The notes beneath the pieces were generated by a model that made no database searches, was not told where the DNA came from, and was given only the letters and a program-made list of their open reading frames with translations. A program made the position numbers and the translations under genes. From Takakia lepidozioides (Eukaryota > Plantae > Bryophyta), in contig CM060734.1 in the NCBI GenBank assembly GCA_030704615.1, positions 52,204,001 to 52,268,000 of the forward strand: a DNA stretch of 64,000 nucleotides. Reading direction: 5' to 3'. Shown one piece after another: positions 11,873-24,839 of the stretch. The stretch's first letter is position 1. Every line of letters starts with the position of its first letter.

Positions 11873-14678
11873 CTTGTGAGGGTGGCAGGCTGAGAGGAAG
11901 TGTCTCAAATGTTGGCCTGGATAGGATGAAGCAGAATCTGGTTCGTTTGTCAAGAGGGGGGAGGGAGGTGACCCAGAAGTGATTCAGGGGGGCAGCCTTA
12001 ACCGGTTTTCTAAGCTCTATTAGTAAGACAGGGGTTCTATACTCATGAGGGAAAAGTTCAACAACTGAGTTAATGGGTAAGAATCGAGAACAGTTGAAAG
12101 ATCTTAAACGAATTGAGGCTGGTCTGGAGGAGAGCTGCAGGAAGAAGTCTGAGAGGAGTATCTGTTTGAGTGAAGAAGGGATGTTTGCTGGAAGCGGTCC
12201 AGACCCCAAGTAAATAGAGAATTCATCCTGAGTGGGCTCGGAAAAGGAAATGGATGGGAGGAGTTTCCATTTTGCTGGGCAGATAAATTGGGGTTGGAGA
12301 CAAAGAATTATGCAATTCCGGGGGCAATTCGCAATAGCATAGAAAATGATAAATGGAATTGGGGGGGCGGGGGCTGAGAATGAGGGACTTACAAGGATTG
12401 GTGAGGAGTGTTGGGGTGCAGTGATTGGAGTAGGTGACGGTAGCGGCATGTGGATTGGAAGATGGGAGGCCGCCGGACGGTGAAGAAACTGAACTGCCTG
12501 GGGGAGCATCTGAGGCATCCGCCGCAGGTCGGAGGAACTCGATGTTGAGATAGCTCTCATTGGATTGTAGTTGTAAAGCGGGTTAAAGCCTGGCTTGGAA
12601 GCTTCTTCAATGCGTAGCCTCTCGATCTCCTCATTTTGGGCTAGCCCCTCAGTTTCCAGAATGGCGTGGAGAATGGTGAAAGCATTGTGTATGGTGTCCT
12701 TTGTTCTGGAGAGAGCTTTGATGGTTGTACAGGGGTCATCAAAATTAGGCGGCTCCGCCCAAACTCCCTGCAGAGTGAACTTGCTGTTGAGAAGCAACTT
12801 TTCGTCCATTAGAGCTAGAATGTGCGTGGAGGGAGACAAGTCTTGGCTTAAACCAGGGAAAGCCTCTGGGTAGGAGCCCCAAGTGATGATTTCTTGAGAA
12901 GGAGGGGAATAAAACGGCAGGTTAGAGCTGAAGTAGTTTTGAATTTTGCCATAGAGGGTGGGAATTGGGCTTTTATCCATCAGGGTTTTGGACATGAAAG
13001 AATGGACATCGAGAAGTGTGATCCAGAGAGATTCGAGGTTCATTCCATCCCTTGATGTGATGAGAAATGCGGATCTAGGTTTTCTCCTAAAAACCATGGG
13101 TGTGATACAGGTGGCATTGGGTTCTCCAGCTGATGTGAGCTGCGAGCAGCCTCTTAGGGAAAGAGTGGGAAAAGATTGTAGTTTGCTACAGATAGATGCA
13201 ATAACAGGGTCGTGGGCAATGGGAGACGCTCGCTGGATGGGAGTAAACGCAGAGGCCGGCTGCTTGGGCTTCCTGTTATCAAAATTGGAGGCTACTGCTT
13301 TCCCTTTCAAGTCTGCGATGTCCGTCCTATTACTACCTCCTCCCTTATTTCCTGGAGCCTTGTTGATAGATCTGGAGGATGCTTCAAGAATCATTGGGTC
13401 CAGAATTTCCTTTCTTTTCTTTGCCGGAGGGAAGGAGGAAATTTGGACGCATGCGGAATCCTTAACCTGGAAGACAACCTCCCGATGGCTAGTAAGCAGG
13501 GGCAGTCCCTGTGGCTCGTGGCTATGATGGAAAATTGGAGGACTCGTCGCAACGTAGCGGTTGAAGCGCCTGTGCTGATGTGTGCCAGAAACTGGATTTG
13601 AATTGGGATGAAAGGATGCTTGCGCAGATCCCAGATTGGCATTGTCCCTTTTCCTTTTGGCCTTCGGGCAATTGGCCTTTAGGTGACCAGATAGTCCACA
13701 ATAATAACAAGCCGATGATGATGTATCCTCGGACACCTTGACTAAATAAAAGTTCCATTTGTTGTCAATTGGCAATTTGATGAAGTCTGGGAGCACTGAG
13801 TCATTTGGCATCATAACTACAATCCTTGGAAATCCATTCTTATTGATTCTAGATGTAATGGTACTGCCCTTCCAAGCTGGGTAGTCTTTTAATGACTCCA
13901 TATTGGAGCAAGGATTGAAGACACCAATGCACCCCAAGAATACTCCAAAGAAGTTACCAATATTTGGCAGGTAAAAGAGATATTGATCTGGGATGTAGGG
14001 TAGGGAGATGATTCTTGGACTCCAGATCTTGCCGTTACGGTTTCCCATCGCCTTTGACCATGGAAAGATGTTTACATTGAAACCATGCAAGTGCGGATTA
14101 AATGCCAAGGCACGGTCTGCTGCCTCCTCAGAATCCAACAAAATCGAGAAGAAGCCTCTCCCTCTAGCCTGGCAGAAGTGGTGGAGAAGGTCCCCCGAAC
14201 CCCCCAAGTGCCTGGTCGCCCAATCCCTCACAAAGGTAGGACTAACTTTTTTGCCTGGAAAGTGAAGCAGAATGCCTTTGCTCTCAAAATCAGCCACAGT
14301 GCCATCCAGGTGAGAAACTTCAATATTATCTACCATAGGGTGATCTCTGTTCATAGCAGACTGAAGAGCTGCAATATCCTCATTGAATCCTTCCATGATG
14401 TCAGTATTGTGACTAGGGGGGGAAGAATTGCTGATTTCCACTGCGTCCAGGATCTCCGCACCTATTGGGAGGATGGGTCCTAATGCGTCATTCACCGAGG
14501 TGGGCACTGAAGGAAAGGCTGAGGAGGATGGATCAAAGCAGGCCAGATTTTTGGAGTGGGCCTGATGCGCCATGAAAAACCCAGTGCCTGTTGATGGAAT
14601 CAGCCTAGGGTCGCTCAGCCGAGAAGGACCTGACCTTGCGGAAGCTGCACCAAAGGTCTTGTTGAGAAGTGGGCCCAT
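11862..14678 (-). CDS. LINE ORF1, 938 aa (DUF4283-like region, CCHC knuckle, long C-terminal extension)
   Basis: Uninterrupted ORF with CYYCGLSGHLKANC zinc knuckle. Its stop overlaps the ORF2 ATG at 11872. Confidence 0.88.
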   Translation of the reverse strand: MGPLLNKTFGAASARSGPSRLSDPRLIPSTGTGFFMAHQAHSKNLACFDPSSSAFPSVPTSVNDALGPILPIGAEILDAVEISNSSPPSHNTDIMEGFNEDIAALQSAMNRDHPMVDNIEVSHLDGTVADFESKGILLHFPGKKVSPTFVRDWATRHLGGSGDLLHHFCQARGRGFFSILLDSEEAADRALAFNPHLHGFNVNIFPWSKAMGNRNGKIWSPRIISLPYIPDQYLFYLPNIGNFFGVFLGCIGVFNPCSNMESLKDYPAWKGSTITSRINKNGFPRIVVMMPNDSVLPDFIKLPIDNKWNFYLVKVSEDTSSSACYYCGLSGHLKANCPKAKRKRDNANLGSAQASFHPNSNPVSGTHQHRRFNRYVATSPPIFHHSHEPQGLPLLTSHREVVFQVKDSACVQISSFPPAKKRKEILDPMILEASSRSINKAPGNKGGGSNRTDIADLKGKAVASNFDNRKPKQPASAFTPIQRASPIAHDPVIASICSKLQSFPTLSLRGCSQLTSAGEPNATCITPMVFRRKPRSAFLITSRDGMNLESLWITLLDVHSFMSKTLMDKSPIPTLYGKIQNYFSSNLPFYSPPSQEIITWGSYPEAFPGLSQDLSPSTHILALMDEKLLLNSKFTLQGVWAEPPNFDDPCTTIKALSRTKDTIHNAFTILHAILETEGLAQNEEIERLRIEEASKPGFNPLYNYNPMRAISTSSSSDLRRMPQMLPQAVQFLHRPAASHLPIHMPLPSPTPITAPQHSSPILVSPSFSAPAPPIPFIIFYAIANCPRNCIILCLQPQFICPAKWKLLPSISFSEPTQDEFSIYLGSGPLPANIPSSLKQILLSDFFLQLSSRPASIRLRSFNCSRFLPINSVVELFPHEYRTPVLLIELRKPVKAAPLNHFWVTSLPPLDKRTRFCFILSRPTFETLPLSLPPSQDAG

Positions 14679-15846
14679 GATAAGGAAAGAAAAGGAGGGT
14701 GAGAAGGGTTGGGGAGAATGACTTGCTCAGCCGGGGAAAATCAGTGATGGAGAAATTAAAAGGCGGCAGCTAGAGAACTGCAGTCTAGTGCCCGAAGAGT
14801 GAAGTTGTAGCGAACTCGGAGAATAACAGAGTTTGAAGAAGGAAGGGAAACGGAGCTGCAAGCAGTGAACCGCCACTGAGAGCACGCTGAGTGAGGCAGA
14901 TGGGGAGCTTGGAGTGGGTTCTCAGGAGAGGAAGGTGACGAGACGAGAAGCGCGGGCTTGGTTTGAGGGAATTTTAGCGCTGGTGACGGCTGCATGGCGG
15001 TTCGAGCCAGAGCTTGTCGGCAGCCATAACTTCGACGTTAGTGGAGGCAAGGTGATTAGCTTGTGGGTGGATAATCAAGCGCCTCAAGGGAGGGGTCAGT
15101 TCTTGGCGGCTGTGCATTAAGAGGTTGATGGGAGACCTCAAGAGGTACAGGGCATCTTATTCTCTAAAGGGATGAATATGGATAGTTCATTAGAGGTATG
15201 GGATCAGGCTGAGGCTTGGGATGTGATGTTCGGGATGGGGACTGGCTCGAGATTGTTTTGAGTTAAGCTTCCTGATACAGAGCTGATTCACAAGGACAGC
15301 GGCACGGGGATGTGAAGGCTTTGCGATGTGAAGAACGCCAGAGTGTGGTGGCCATCCACCATAGAGAGCCGTTCGGGGAGCTTGCTCACTCAACACAGAA
15401 CGCGGAGCTCCTCTTCCGCATCCCAAAAAATTATTTTTAATAGTAAATCAAAACTTAGTTTCTTAACATTGATTTATTATGCTCAAGTTATATTTTTATA
15501 TATTTTCAATTTTAATTTCTTCTGGTTAGATTCTCATTGGTTTATATTGGTGATATTGCCAACTATCTGAAATCCTTAGGAAAATTGCCATTTACCCTAC
15601 CCTTACCCTACTTAAACTTGCCGGGCCCGTTAAATAACCTTATCCTCATGTTATATTTTGAGAGTACTCGGTTTACCCTGACCTGGCGTGTTCTACAAAT
15701 GTGCATTACCAGGTCATTACCTGGAACCAACCCTTACTTTCCATTTGGAAAATAATAATACTCGGGCCCGGCGGATAAATCTTTTCTCAAAATTCAGGTG
15801 ACCCTTACCCTGAGGGTAAATAAAAATTCAATCCCGCTCAACATTG

Positions 15847-16205
15847 TTTAAAACTTTGCTGGAACCCAAAAACAGGAGAATCTTGATCCATTCAAGGAAG
15901 CTATTTTGATCCCAAAACCTTGGATAGCCTTAAGAAGGAAGCCCCAATTGATCCTATCAAAGGTTTTTTCAAAGGCCAACACCATAGCAAGACGTTGGTT
16001 AGAATCAGTAGCGAAATGTAAGGCCTCATTGGCTAGAATAATATTGTCCAGAATGAACCGGTTCTTCACAAGGCCAGTCTGGACAGCCGAATCGTTGAAT
16101 GCGTTGAAGGCGCATAGCCAATGCCTTGGCAATAATTTTATAAGCAGAGTTAAGGAGGGTAATAGGGCAGTAATTAGTTATATCAGCCCTTAGGGCATAT
16201 ACCCT
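15847..16205 (-). pseudogene. Old LINE reverse transcriptase, 5' half
   Basis: NYCPITLLNSAYKIIAKAL, QTGLVKNRFILDNI and FEKTFDRINW motifs. Confidence 0.85.
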
Positions 16206-16984
16206 CATACAAGTGGTTGTGGGTTCAAACCACCCTGTTGGTTATTACAAAGGTGTCCACCTTCCTACTTGGAAGGCAGTAGCCGTTCTGGGTCAAGTGA
16301 CACCATACGTTACGCTTGCTTCGGCAACGCGTCCACCTTTCTTTTTATATCAGCCCTATCCAGTGTTTTCCTTTCTGACAAAAAATCGCCAAATTTCGAT
16401 CTGGAAACTGCGTCAGCTACTTGTACAAGGGATGGGGGGCAAGATCTGACTTTTTCGCCAAGAAGCAGCAGCAGATAAATTTCAGGTGCCTAATCTTGCC
16501 GGCATGGACCAGCCAAAACGTGACATCTGGAATATAGCCACTTTTCTAACTATATTACCTCCATATTCTTGCCACATGGGCATTGGGTAGAATTCACAGG
16601 TGGCCCTGCCAGCGATTTTAGAAATACTAAAAAAAAAACACTGGCCCCATCCCCTTTCTTAAAGATAAGATTAATGATCCCCAATTTTTATAAGGAAGAT
16701 AGGAATAATGTAAGAACTTAATGGATGCGTGTAATCTGAAAGTACTTTCGCCGTGTAATCTGAAAGTACTTTCGCCAGATTCCGGCAACCTGGGCTCCTC
16801 CAGGGGGGGGGGGGGCGCGGTCAAATCCTCCCCACCCCATATTATCTCGGTTTCACTATTAAATACTTATGAATCTGAGTGGGTTGCAAGCTGTGGTGGG
16901 TAGTGTGGTGGGTAGCGTGATGGTAAGGTGATAGCAATGGAGGCGGGGCAAGGTTCCAGGTTCAGTTCCTGATGGGGAGCTGTA

Positions 16985-17250
16985 GCAGTGTAACCCTGGT
17001 TTATGTAACCCTCCACTTAGTGGATTACCCTCCACTTGGTGTAATCCACTGTAACCCCGATTTCTCATGTACTCTGGTTGGTCCATTTTATACTTTGCCA
17101 CGTTTGGGCTTAGTCAAGTTTCAGTTACACTCCATTCTGTGTAACCCCGAGTGGAGTTACTCATTGTGTAACTGATGTAACTCCAAGTGGTGTTACACAC
17201 CTCATCGTGTAACCCAGCGTAACCCAGTGTAACCCCGACTGGAGTTGACA
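16985..17250. repeat. Cluster of TGTAACCC / GAGTTAC short repeats, probably MITE subterminal sequence
   Basis: About 10 copies in both orientations. A 24-bp tandem duplication lies nearby at 16729-16776. No ends were resolved. Confidence 0.45.
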
Positions 17251-18040
17251 CTCCTTCAATTCCATGTCACTCTCAAGAGAGGGTGGGAAAGATTTGACGT
17301 GCCAGAAACCGGCATACCATCCTGTCAGAGGTTACACGTGTGCATTAAGTACTTACATTATTCCTATTATCTTCCATTTTATAATATGTATGAATATTCA
17401 AAAAGAGCAAACATATAACATCTTTCAAAAGAAGAGCTATATGATTTCCATGCAAAGAGGCGGAGTAAACGAATCATGTGCACACATGTTCATTCAAGTG
17501 CTGTCAAGAGCACTCACCAAGGAACAGCATAGACACTTCATCCACCTGTGAGACTTACTCTTTACTCCATATATCATTTGCTTTTGTCATCGATCATGTG
17601 TCAATGGTTAGCTGGTGTCATGGAAAAATGTGCATGAAAATCTGAGGACTTCACTGCTGAACTATATACCTACTCAGGGACGTTTCAGTCAGTTGGTAGT
17701 GACCATATTTTTGGCTTCTACTTGCTACTGTTAAGGTTGAATTGTTAGCACATCATCAGCATTCTAAGAGGGCTTCCAAATGTTATGGAAATCCAGCAGG
17801 TGACAAAGCATGATGATCACAAGAATTAGATCAGGGGATGGAACTCTTCTAGGGTTCCCTACAAGAAACTCAATGGGCAACTAGATAGCTAACGAGCTTA
17901 TGGTGAAAATCACTGGCTCCAGCTGGACTCATGTATGCAGATACGTTGTAACCCGTGATGTCTTAGTAAGTAATCATTGTATAAAGATGTAAGCTTAAGA
18001 GGTGGAGGTGAACGAACAGGTGTGGTGCAAATCTTACAAA

Positions 18041-21000
18041 TCAAAAAATCTTCTGGAAAAGAAATAGCTGCCTGCGTTGGCCCCGGTTGATGCGAGTATT
18101 CTCATCCAAATAGAGAACCTCCCATTCGGCGCTCTGCTGCAGTGCCCTAGGCAGTAGCAGACTAACCACAGGCAGCTCATCACTGACCCGATTGCCAAAG
18201 ATTTCCATGAGCCGCGCAGAAAATATGTCAAAAGAGACAAGTGCTGCTTGCCCATTTCTCAAAGTCTCCCAGCTGCCTTGCACTGACACTTCCAGCACTC
18301 CCAGGGGCCCTAGTCTGCACAATCATTGCCCAATTCATATTCAGAATAAGGCAGAAATTCAAACAACGATCCAACAAACTAGGGGCTACGAACTTTTTGG
18401 GGGAAGAGAGGGAGTGAGAGAGACACTCACATTGGTGGCCTCACTTCCAGAACACAATCTACAGATCCATATCAAATGTCCAATAGACATCAACCTCATT
18501 TCCTGTTGATCATATATGGTCTTCTGCAGACAATGCTTATCCATTTCAAAATTCAACAAATCTAACATCACTCATGGCCAGGCTCACATGACCACAACAT
18601 AAAAAAGCCACAACACAACATGACAATTACCTGAGTTCTGCAACATTGGTGGCAACCATTAGAGGGCTGCCAATGGTGTTAGGGGCCAGTGATGGTACAC
18701 CTGTGACAGTCGCCTTATGCCACACTTGCTGGTGCAGGTTGTGAATTCCAATTCCTGGTATCTGAGGAACCTCCCTGTCTCTCCCACCCTCCACACCGTC
18801 TGACATGTAGCTGCACAGAAAGGGAAACATATGTCCAATATTTCCATTCCAAAGGAACACCCCACACCACAGAACAGTAACACATGCAACATACGGGCTA
18901 TTAGCAGACAGAAGGGGTCAGATCACCCACTTCACAGAAATCGGCTGATAAAGTGGTTGTCTATTTTAGGGGTGCAAGAAATTGACAACTGAAATGCCTC
19001 TTTTTCCCATTCCCCTACATACATGCACATAATTAGAACTTGAAGATTGGAGGGACAGACACTTACATTAACCTCCAGTCACCATCCAGATTGGGAGTAG
19101 CAGGACCATAGGCAAAGGAGTCATTGGGACCGGATGACCCAACTGCAGACCCCAGGTCATAAGGGGTGAGTGGTACATCATATACAGGGTTCAGTTGCTG
19201 CAATCTTTCAATCATGTCATTGATCTCCTGCCTCCTCAGTGAAGACCCCTCCCGAACTGGCTGTAGCGCCATCCGTACCCGACAAGCCAACGTACTCAGA
19301 TGTCAGTGACGATTCCTAACCTTAATCTCATAGCCACAAAAACAATTATCCCACATGTGCTCATTGACTTATTGCTGGAAATGCTAGCCATCACATAGCA
19401 ATCAGTGCATAATTCCCACAAGATGCTTTCACCCACAAGGGTAAGGAAACTCAGTCAGGGATACTATAGTGCTCACGATGGGCTACAATAATCTGAGTAC
19501 AGGGGATTGAATGTGAAGGCTTGCACTAACTACACACTACAGAGTGAGAAAAGGGAAGTAGGCTTATGGAGTAACTAATAAGAATAAAAATATTACTTCC
19601 GTTCACAGAAACCCAGAAGGCCTATAAGATCCAGAGAAAGGAGAGGGAGGGAAAGTTCACTATTCCGGAAGCAAAGGGCGTATAGGACAAAATGAAGTTT
19701 AACAAATGAGACAGAAAGGTACATTCAAGTATGAAATTGGGGGTTAAGAAAGCTGCGTAAAAACCTCCGAATCATGTGTTGATTAATGGACTTCTAGATA
19801 GCCAAACCCAGTAAGTGCAGCCTTATTTGAAATTCTCAAATCAAAGAGAAGAAAAAACTGTTCAGCTTTAAATCAATTGAACTCTCAAGTTTCAGAAAGG
19901 ACCCATCCCCAAGATTCTTTAACCTATTACATTACTTCTGCGGGTGAACTAGGTACACCTGGTTTTCACTCTTTAAGCCTTAGCTTCCAAGGTATTCTCA
20001 CACTGCAGCCCCTAGAATTAATGCTTCAACAATTGCCATACAAAATGATTTTTTTGAGGGAGACACACTGAAACACACAAGAGTGGCAAATACCTCGCCA
20101 ATAGATTCAATGGCCTTAAATAATGATGCCTTCAATCCAATGCATTCCAGCTCATGACGCACTCTCTCAGCTTTAGCCTGCACCTCCTCGGAGAGCACCA
20201 ACCTCCTCTCTTCTCTGCAAGCCAAGGATGTATCCACCAAGTTGTTGTCACTCTCTACACAACCCAGATAGCAATCATTCACCACTGCCAGCAACGATGT
20301 ACAGTAGCTGAGATACCATTGATCAACTTCCATCAGATCAGACATGAAACAGATCATGAATGTATCGACAAGTTCATTGCTATAACAATTGCACTTCCCA
20401 ACAGAAACCAGACAAAACCAGCATGCATCCAACATCAAAGACCACAAAAGACACAAGGTAAAAGGTGCCACACACACTCAGGAGAGAGAGCGAGAGGGAG
20501 ACCGGGCTCGGGCGTCTTCAGCTCTAGCCGCTTTTCTTGCCCTCATCTGCCTGCACTCACCTCCCTAGACAACCATTAATAGTCACATACAACATTCAAC
20601 CACCCCAGAACCCAAACACGACATCAAACCAATGCAACAAAATGTTCATTTCATGGCTTATAGCTTTTGAAGAATGTGTTTTGCTTGTAGGGGCTGGACA
20701 GACAAGGTGAGATTCTTCGATTGGGAGGGGGCAACAAGTTAAAAAGCATCCAATATACCATGCCATGGGGAGTATCACGAAAGGTGTGTAGATGAGCGAT
20801 CTCTCCACCAATCCCACAAGCGTAGAAAGCTCAAAAGCTGCAAACTGCACACCACCGGATCTTGTAAGGTTTGACCATTCACAAAGTTTTGGATTCGTGA
20901 TGAAATTAAGCAAAATGAAGGCTAAGTGCATACTCTTTCAGCTCCAGCTTCTAGAAATCCTTGAACACTGGCTCCTGCTGACTCTGTGAAAGACTCTGGC

Positions 21001-24000
21001 GTAAAGTGCGACACCTGCCACCCTCACCCATTGCATCAATTCCAGTACTTTACAAATAATTGGTTGCGGAACTAGGTTGATATTTAAGCATTAGAGGAGC
21101 ATTCATAGAAAAGTCTTCTAACAAGTTCAACAGAATGAGGTAAAAAAGTGCAAGACTCAAGTTGTTAGATCTTGTACCACATCAATTGCAGTAGTCCACA
21201 AATCCTGAACATTTGCTAGTACGCCATTCCGCCACTCCTCAAAATTATTCTGCATATTGAAACATGTACTTCAACTGATGATCCAGGGCAGGGGTAAGGC
21301 GGGGGGGGAGGTGGGGGAACAACCCAAGAAAGAAATGAAGTTCTCCCCACATTCCTAGATCAGGAGAAGCTGCATGATCTTAAATTATCACCATGCCATG
21401 ATACACTTTCCATGTTCAAAAATCTGCCCTTATCTCTTGTCCTCTCTCTCCCGATGATCTCTCTCATTCCCTTCAAGCACTGGAAGCACAACACGATTGG
21501 CAAATGTTCAAAGCATACATCATCAATTACTGCAGCAATACAAACCAGTGCAGTTCTAAGAACAGTTATTTTGCATGAAGATAGACAAGAAAGCAACTTC
21601 ATGTTATTCAAATGGGGACCCCACGGCCCATGGACAAGTACAACAACAAGAAACCACTCCAGAAAAACACCAAACAACGCCCAAAGACGAAGTGCCTCAT
21701 GACAGAGAATGTACCCATGAGACGTTGTTTGCTGCAGCCTTGTGGCCATATACCGTGTGCCCAGTTTGGGTGGAACAAGAGGGAACAGACGCTACTTTTG
21801 TGAGGGGCTCACTCCAGTAGTGGGACTTACCTTGGAACAAACAATTGGTTCAGGCCTTCCAGATTTCCTCTAGAAATCCCTTCACACAAGCATTAATCTG
21901 CTGCATGGGAGCTGCCCAACAATTAGGCCCCTTTAGGCTCAGCCTCGAGATTTTGAAAGTTGGTGAACAGAGGTGCAGGGACTACGTTTTTGATGGTCCT
22001 GAAGAGGGTCACTCTCTGATAATAATACCCCAGACATTGTATCAGAAAATGGATATTGTCTTCAGGCCACCCACATATCAGGCATTGACAACCTTCCTTT
22101 CCTCTCTGCATATGTTTATTGTTCAAAAGTAGACTCCCCGCCCTTTAAATTTCAGTCTAGTGCCTAGCCTCATGACAGAAGGTTCATATATAAGACTTGG
22201 TTTGCTGTAGCCTTGTGGCCATAGACTCTGCCCCCAGTTTGGACGGAAACATAGGGAATAAGCTCATGCCAGAGAACGATAGAAAGAAGAAAGAAACTTT
22301 AGGACGTCCACGGGAAACTCAAAGAGCTCATGGAACAAAGAAAGCAAGGAACAAGAAAGACAGCAGCCCCTAAACAAGCAACCCAAAAACAAGAATTGTT
22401 TAAAAAGAGCAGTGTTATTTGTATACATCGTGACCTTCTGCAAACCCTGGCTTTAGAGGGGGAGATCCTCTAAAAGAGAGAGATGTGTACTGAACACAAA
22501 TTGCTTGCCACAGGCTTATCCCATAGATCTTTGGACGACATGAGAAATGAGATGAAATGGTACTTTATAATGTCCGCGGAAAGCTCAAAGAGCTTATGGG
22601 ACAAAATGGAAGAAAACATGAGAGAGGAAACAAAACCAGTGCCAGAAAAAAAACTACTGCTCGAGGGATTGTCGAACGGTGAAGGCCTCGTGCAGGTAAG
22701 CTGCCAAGCATTTCTGATCCTCATAGTGGAAGACTTCAGTGAGAGATTGAGTTCTGAGGAAGGTGAGAGAAGGGATACTAACCTCACCTTGCAGGATTTC
22801 CTTTGCCTCCTTCTCTAAAAGCCTTGGATCCACCTGACCTCCCACAACATTACATAAGACAAGGCCTTCTACTAACATACCTAAGAGCCAAGCATCTTAA
22901 CAATTACAGCCGGCTTCCAAAGGGTGCTTCACAGACTTTGTTTAAACAGAATCAGATGTAATTGTGAATGAAGAAAGTTGGTTAACTGCTTACAATGGTT
23001 TGGCCGCTGACCACTGTTACCACTTTATCAAGGACCTGCACATTTTGCAACAACATTATTTCTGAGCATGTGCACAAAGCAGGGTTAGGGTTAGGATTTG
23101 TGAAACAGTTTTAGACTGAATTCACAATTTACGAGACTACAGCAAGTACTTGTATCAATTATACTCAACCTTGTATGCACACTAGATTAAAGGTTGCTCT
23201 TTCATTTCAAATTTGCAGAACACTGTTCTACTGATCCATCTCTCCTTCAGCAGTCTGCAGCCAATAAGAGCAACCCAGTAGACACCTCAATTTATCATTT
23301 GAATCAACCCTTTCCCAAGTCTGATTTGATCTAATTGAATATGATGTGATGACAGTAGATCAAACATATACCTTGCACTAGGATAGTCTGAAGATTGTTT
23401 TCCACTGGAGGTTTGCAGATAGTGAGATTAGACTGCAAATGAAATTTTACAACATCACTCCACAGAGTTCCCACAGAAGACTGAAGAGTACCCCAACAAA
23501 GGTGGCCTCCTTCTACTCTGCTTTGTATACTCATCTCAGCTGCAAGACAATCCACTGGCTATCTCATTCGATCATTTTGAATCAAGCATTTCACAGGCCT
23601 GACATAGTTTATCGGATGTGATGACTATAAGGATATAAAATAGACCTTGCTAGACTTGAAGCTTGAGGCGATCTTCTCGAATAGCATACCCCCTGGCCGC
23701 ATCTGCAGACATGGACCCCCCTCAGTCACTCTCATGTGAAATCAATGAGTTCTCTAATGTGTAGAGACTTTAGATATCTCCACCTGAGCGACATGGCACT
23801 GACAAAATTTTCCTTCATAGATGCATTGCCCGCAGACACCAGGATCGACAACAATCTTGGAATATGTAAATACCCTAAGCAGTCCTGACCTCTCTGATAA
23901 CAGAAGATTGATGCTTTTGAATATGTCTGTATTCCATAAACTGTAATCAAGAGTTTTGCAATCACAAACCACATACCTGGCCAAGGGGTGCAGCCACTGC

Positions 24001-24839
24001 TCTATTGGCTGAAAATGTGATCCTCATATCGCTTGAGTCTACAGAGGGGCTGTCCATTACCAGGGCTGCAACTAGGGCTCCTACTGCTAGAGTCTGCCAC
24101 CTCCATGGTCTATCTCCTACATCCTTGCATGCACCATTGGCTCCTGATTGTGTAATTTGCCTCCATCTGCGAAGGAAGAGAATGTTGACACAATTGGAAG
24201 ACTTCCACTCGTGTAGATAGTACTTCAACGGTTTTCAAACAACAAAACAGTAATGCTGGAGATCATTAATCCAGAGGAATGCACCCATTCAATTTGCTAA
24301 TTTCATCACGGATCTGACCCAGCAAGCTCACAAAATGTCCTGTCAACTGCAACATCCCAGTGGAGGACGGCATTCACTGTACATTCTCCACTTACACCGT
24401 ATGTATATCTGTGTGTGGTATGATTGTACCGCACAGCGAGCCAAGAGTGTGCTTACCTGGGCCTTTGAAGGGAATCCTCCACTGCCCCTTCGTCACTTTG
24501 GCTTGGACTTGGTTCTTGGAATGCGGATACCCCGGCGTTCACCCGCTCCAGAAGATTGGCAGATGGTTTTGGCAATTTCCTTCGTAGCTCCGAAGTGATC
24601 TCAATTTTCCCCCTTCCTGCTCTTTTTGAAAATCCAAATGTGCATCTATCCAAAAGAGAAAGCCTGTCATTGGTGTGCAATTTCAATAACCGACTGTGGA
24701 GCAAATTGGTCGACCCAACACAAAATTTTCTGCATGGCTTTTTTGCAAAAACTATTGCAACAGATTCTCCGGCAATCTGAGACCCCAAGCCACTATGAGG
24801 TTTCATACTAATATTTTTGAGGGCTACAACGTTGAACAT
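18041..24839 (-). CDS. PAP/fibrillin-domain plastid protein, about 488 aa, 8 exons: 24839-24457, 24166-23977, 21014-20934, 20546-20503, 20214-20094, 19260-19067, 18810-18631, 18314-18041
   Basis: GT-AG exons join in phase (1467 nt). Fibrillin motifs IERLQQLNP, LDGDWRLIY and YLDENTRINRG...LFLFQK. The N-terminus is basic and Ser-rich, like a transit peptide. Confidence 0.82.
21730..22830 (-). pseudogene. Degenerate LINE 3' fragments in fibrillin intron 2
   Basis: 21735-21905 matches 50850-51010 (FLEDIWKARTNCLYQG). 21950-22035 is an inverted match to 27265-27355. Confidence 0.55.

Larger units (their letters stand above)
7218..15421 (-). mobile_element. Near full-length L1/Tx1-type LINE, non-functional
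   Basis: ORF1 followed by ORF2 (EN, RT, zinc finger), with an A-rich tail at 7218-7254. The 5' boundary is approximate and no TSD was resolved. Confidence 0.9.
6134..15846. mobile_element. hAT-type MITE expanded by nested insertions
   Basis: TIRs CAGTGTTGAGCGGG...CCCGCTCAACATTG, TSD GTTAAAAC / TTTAAAAC, and TACCC/GGGTA subterminal repeats at 6845-7030 and 15590-15820. It splits a LINE RT. Confidence 0.88.
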
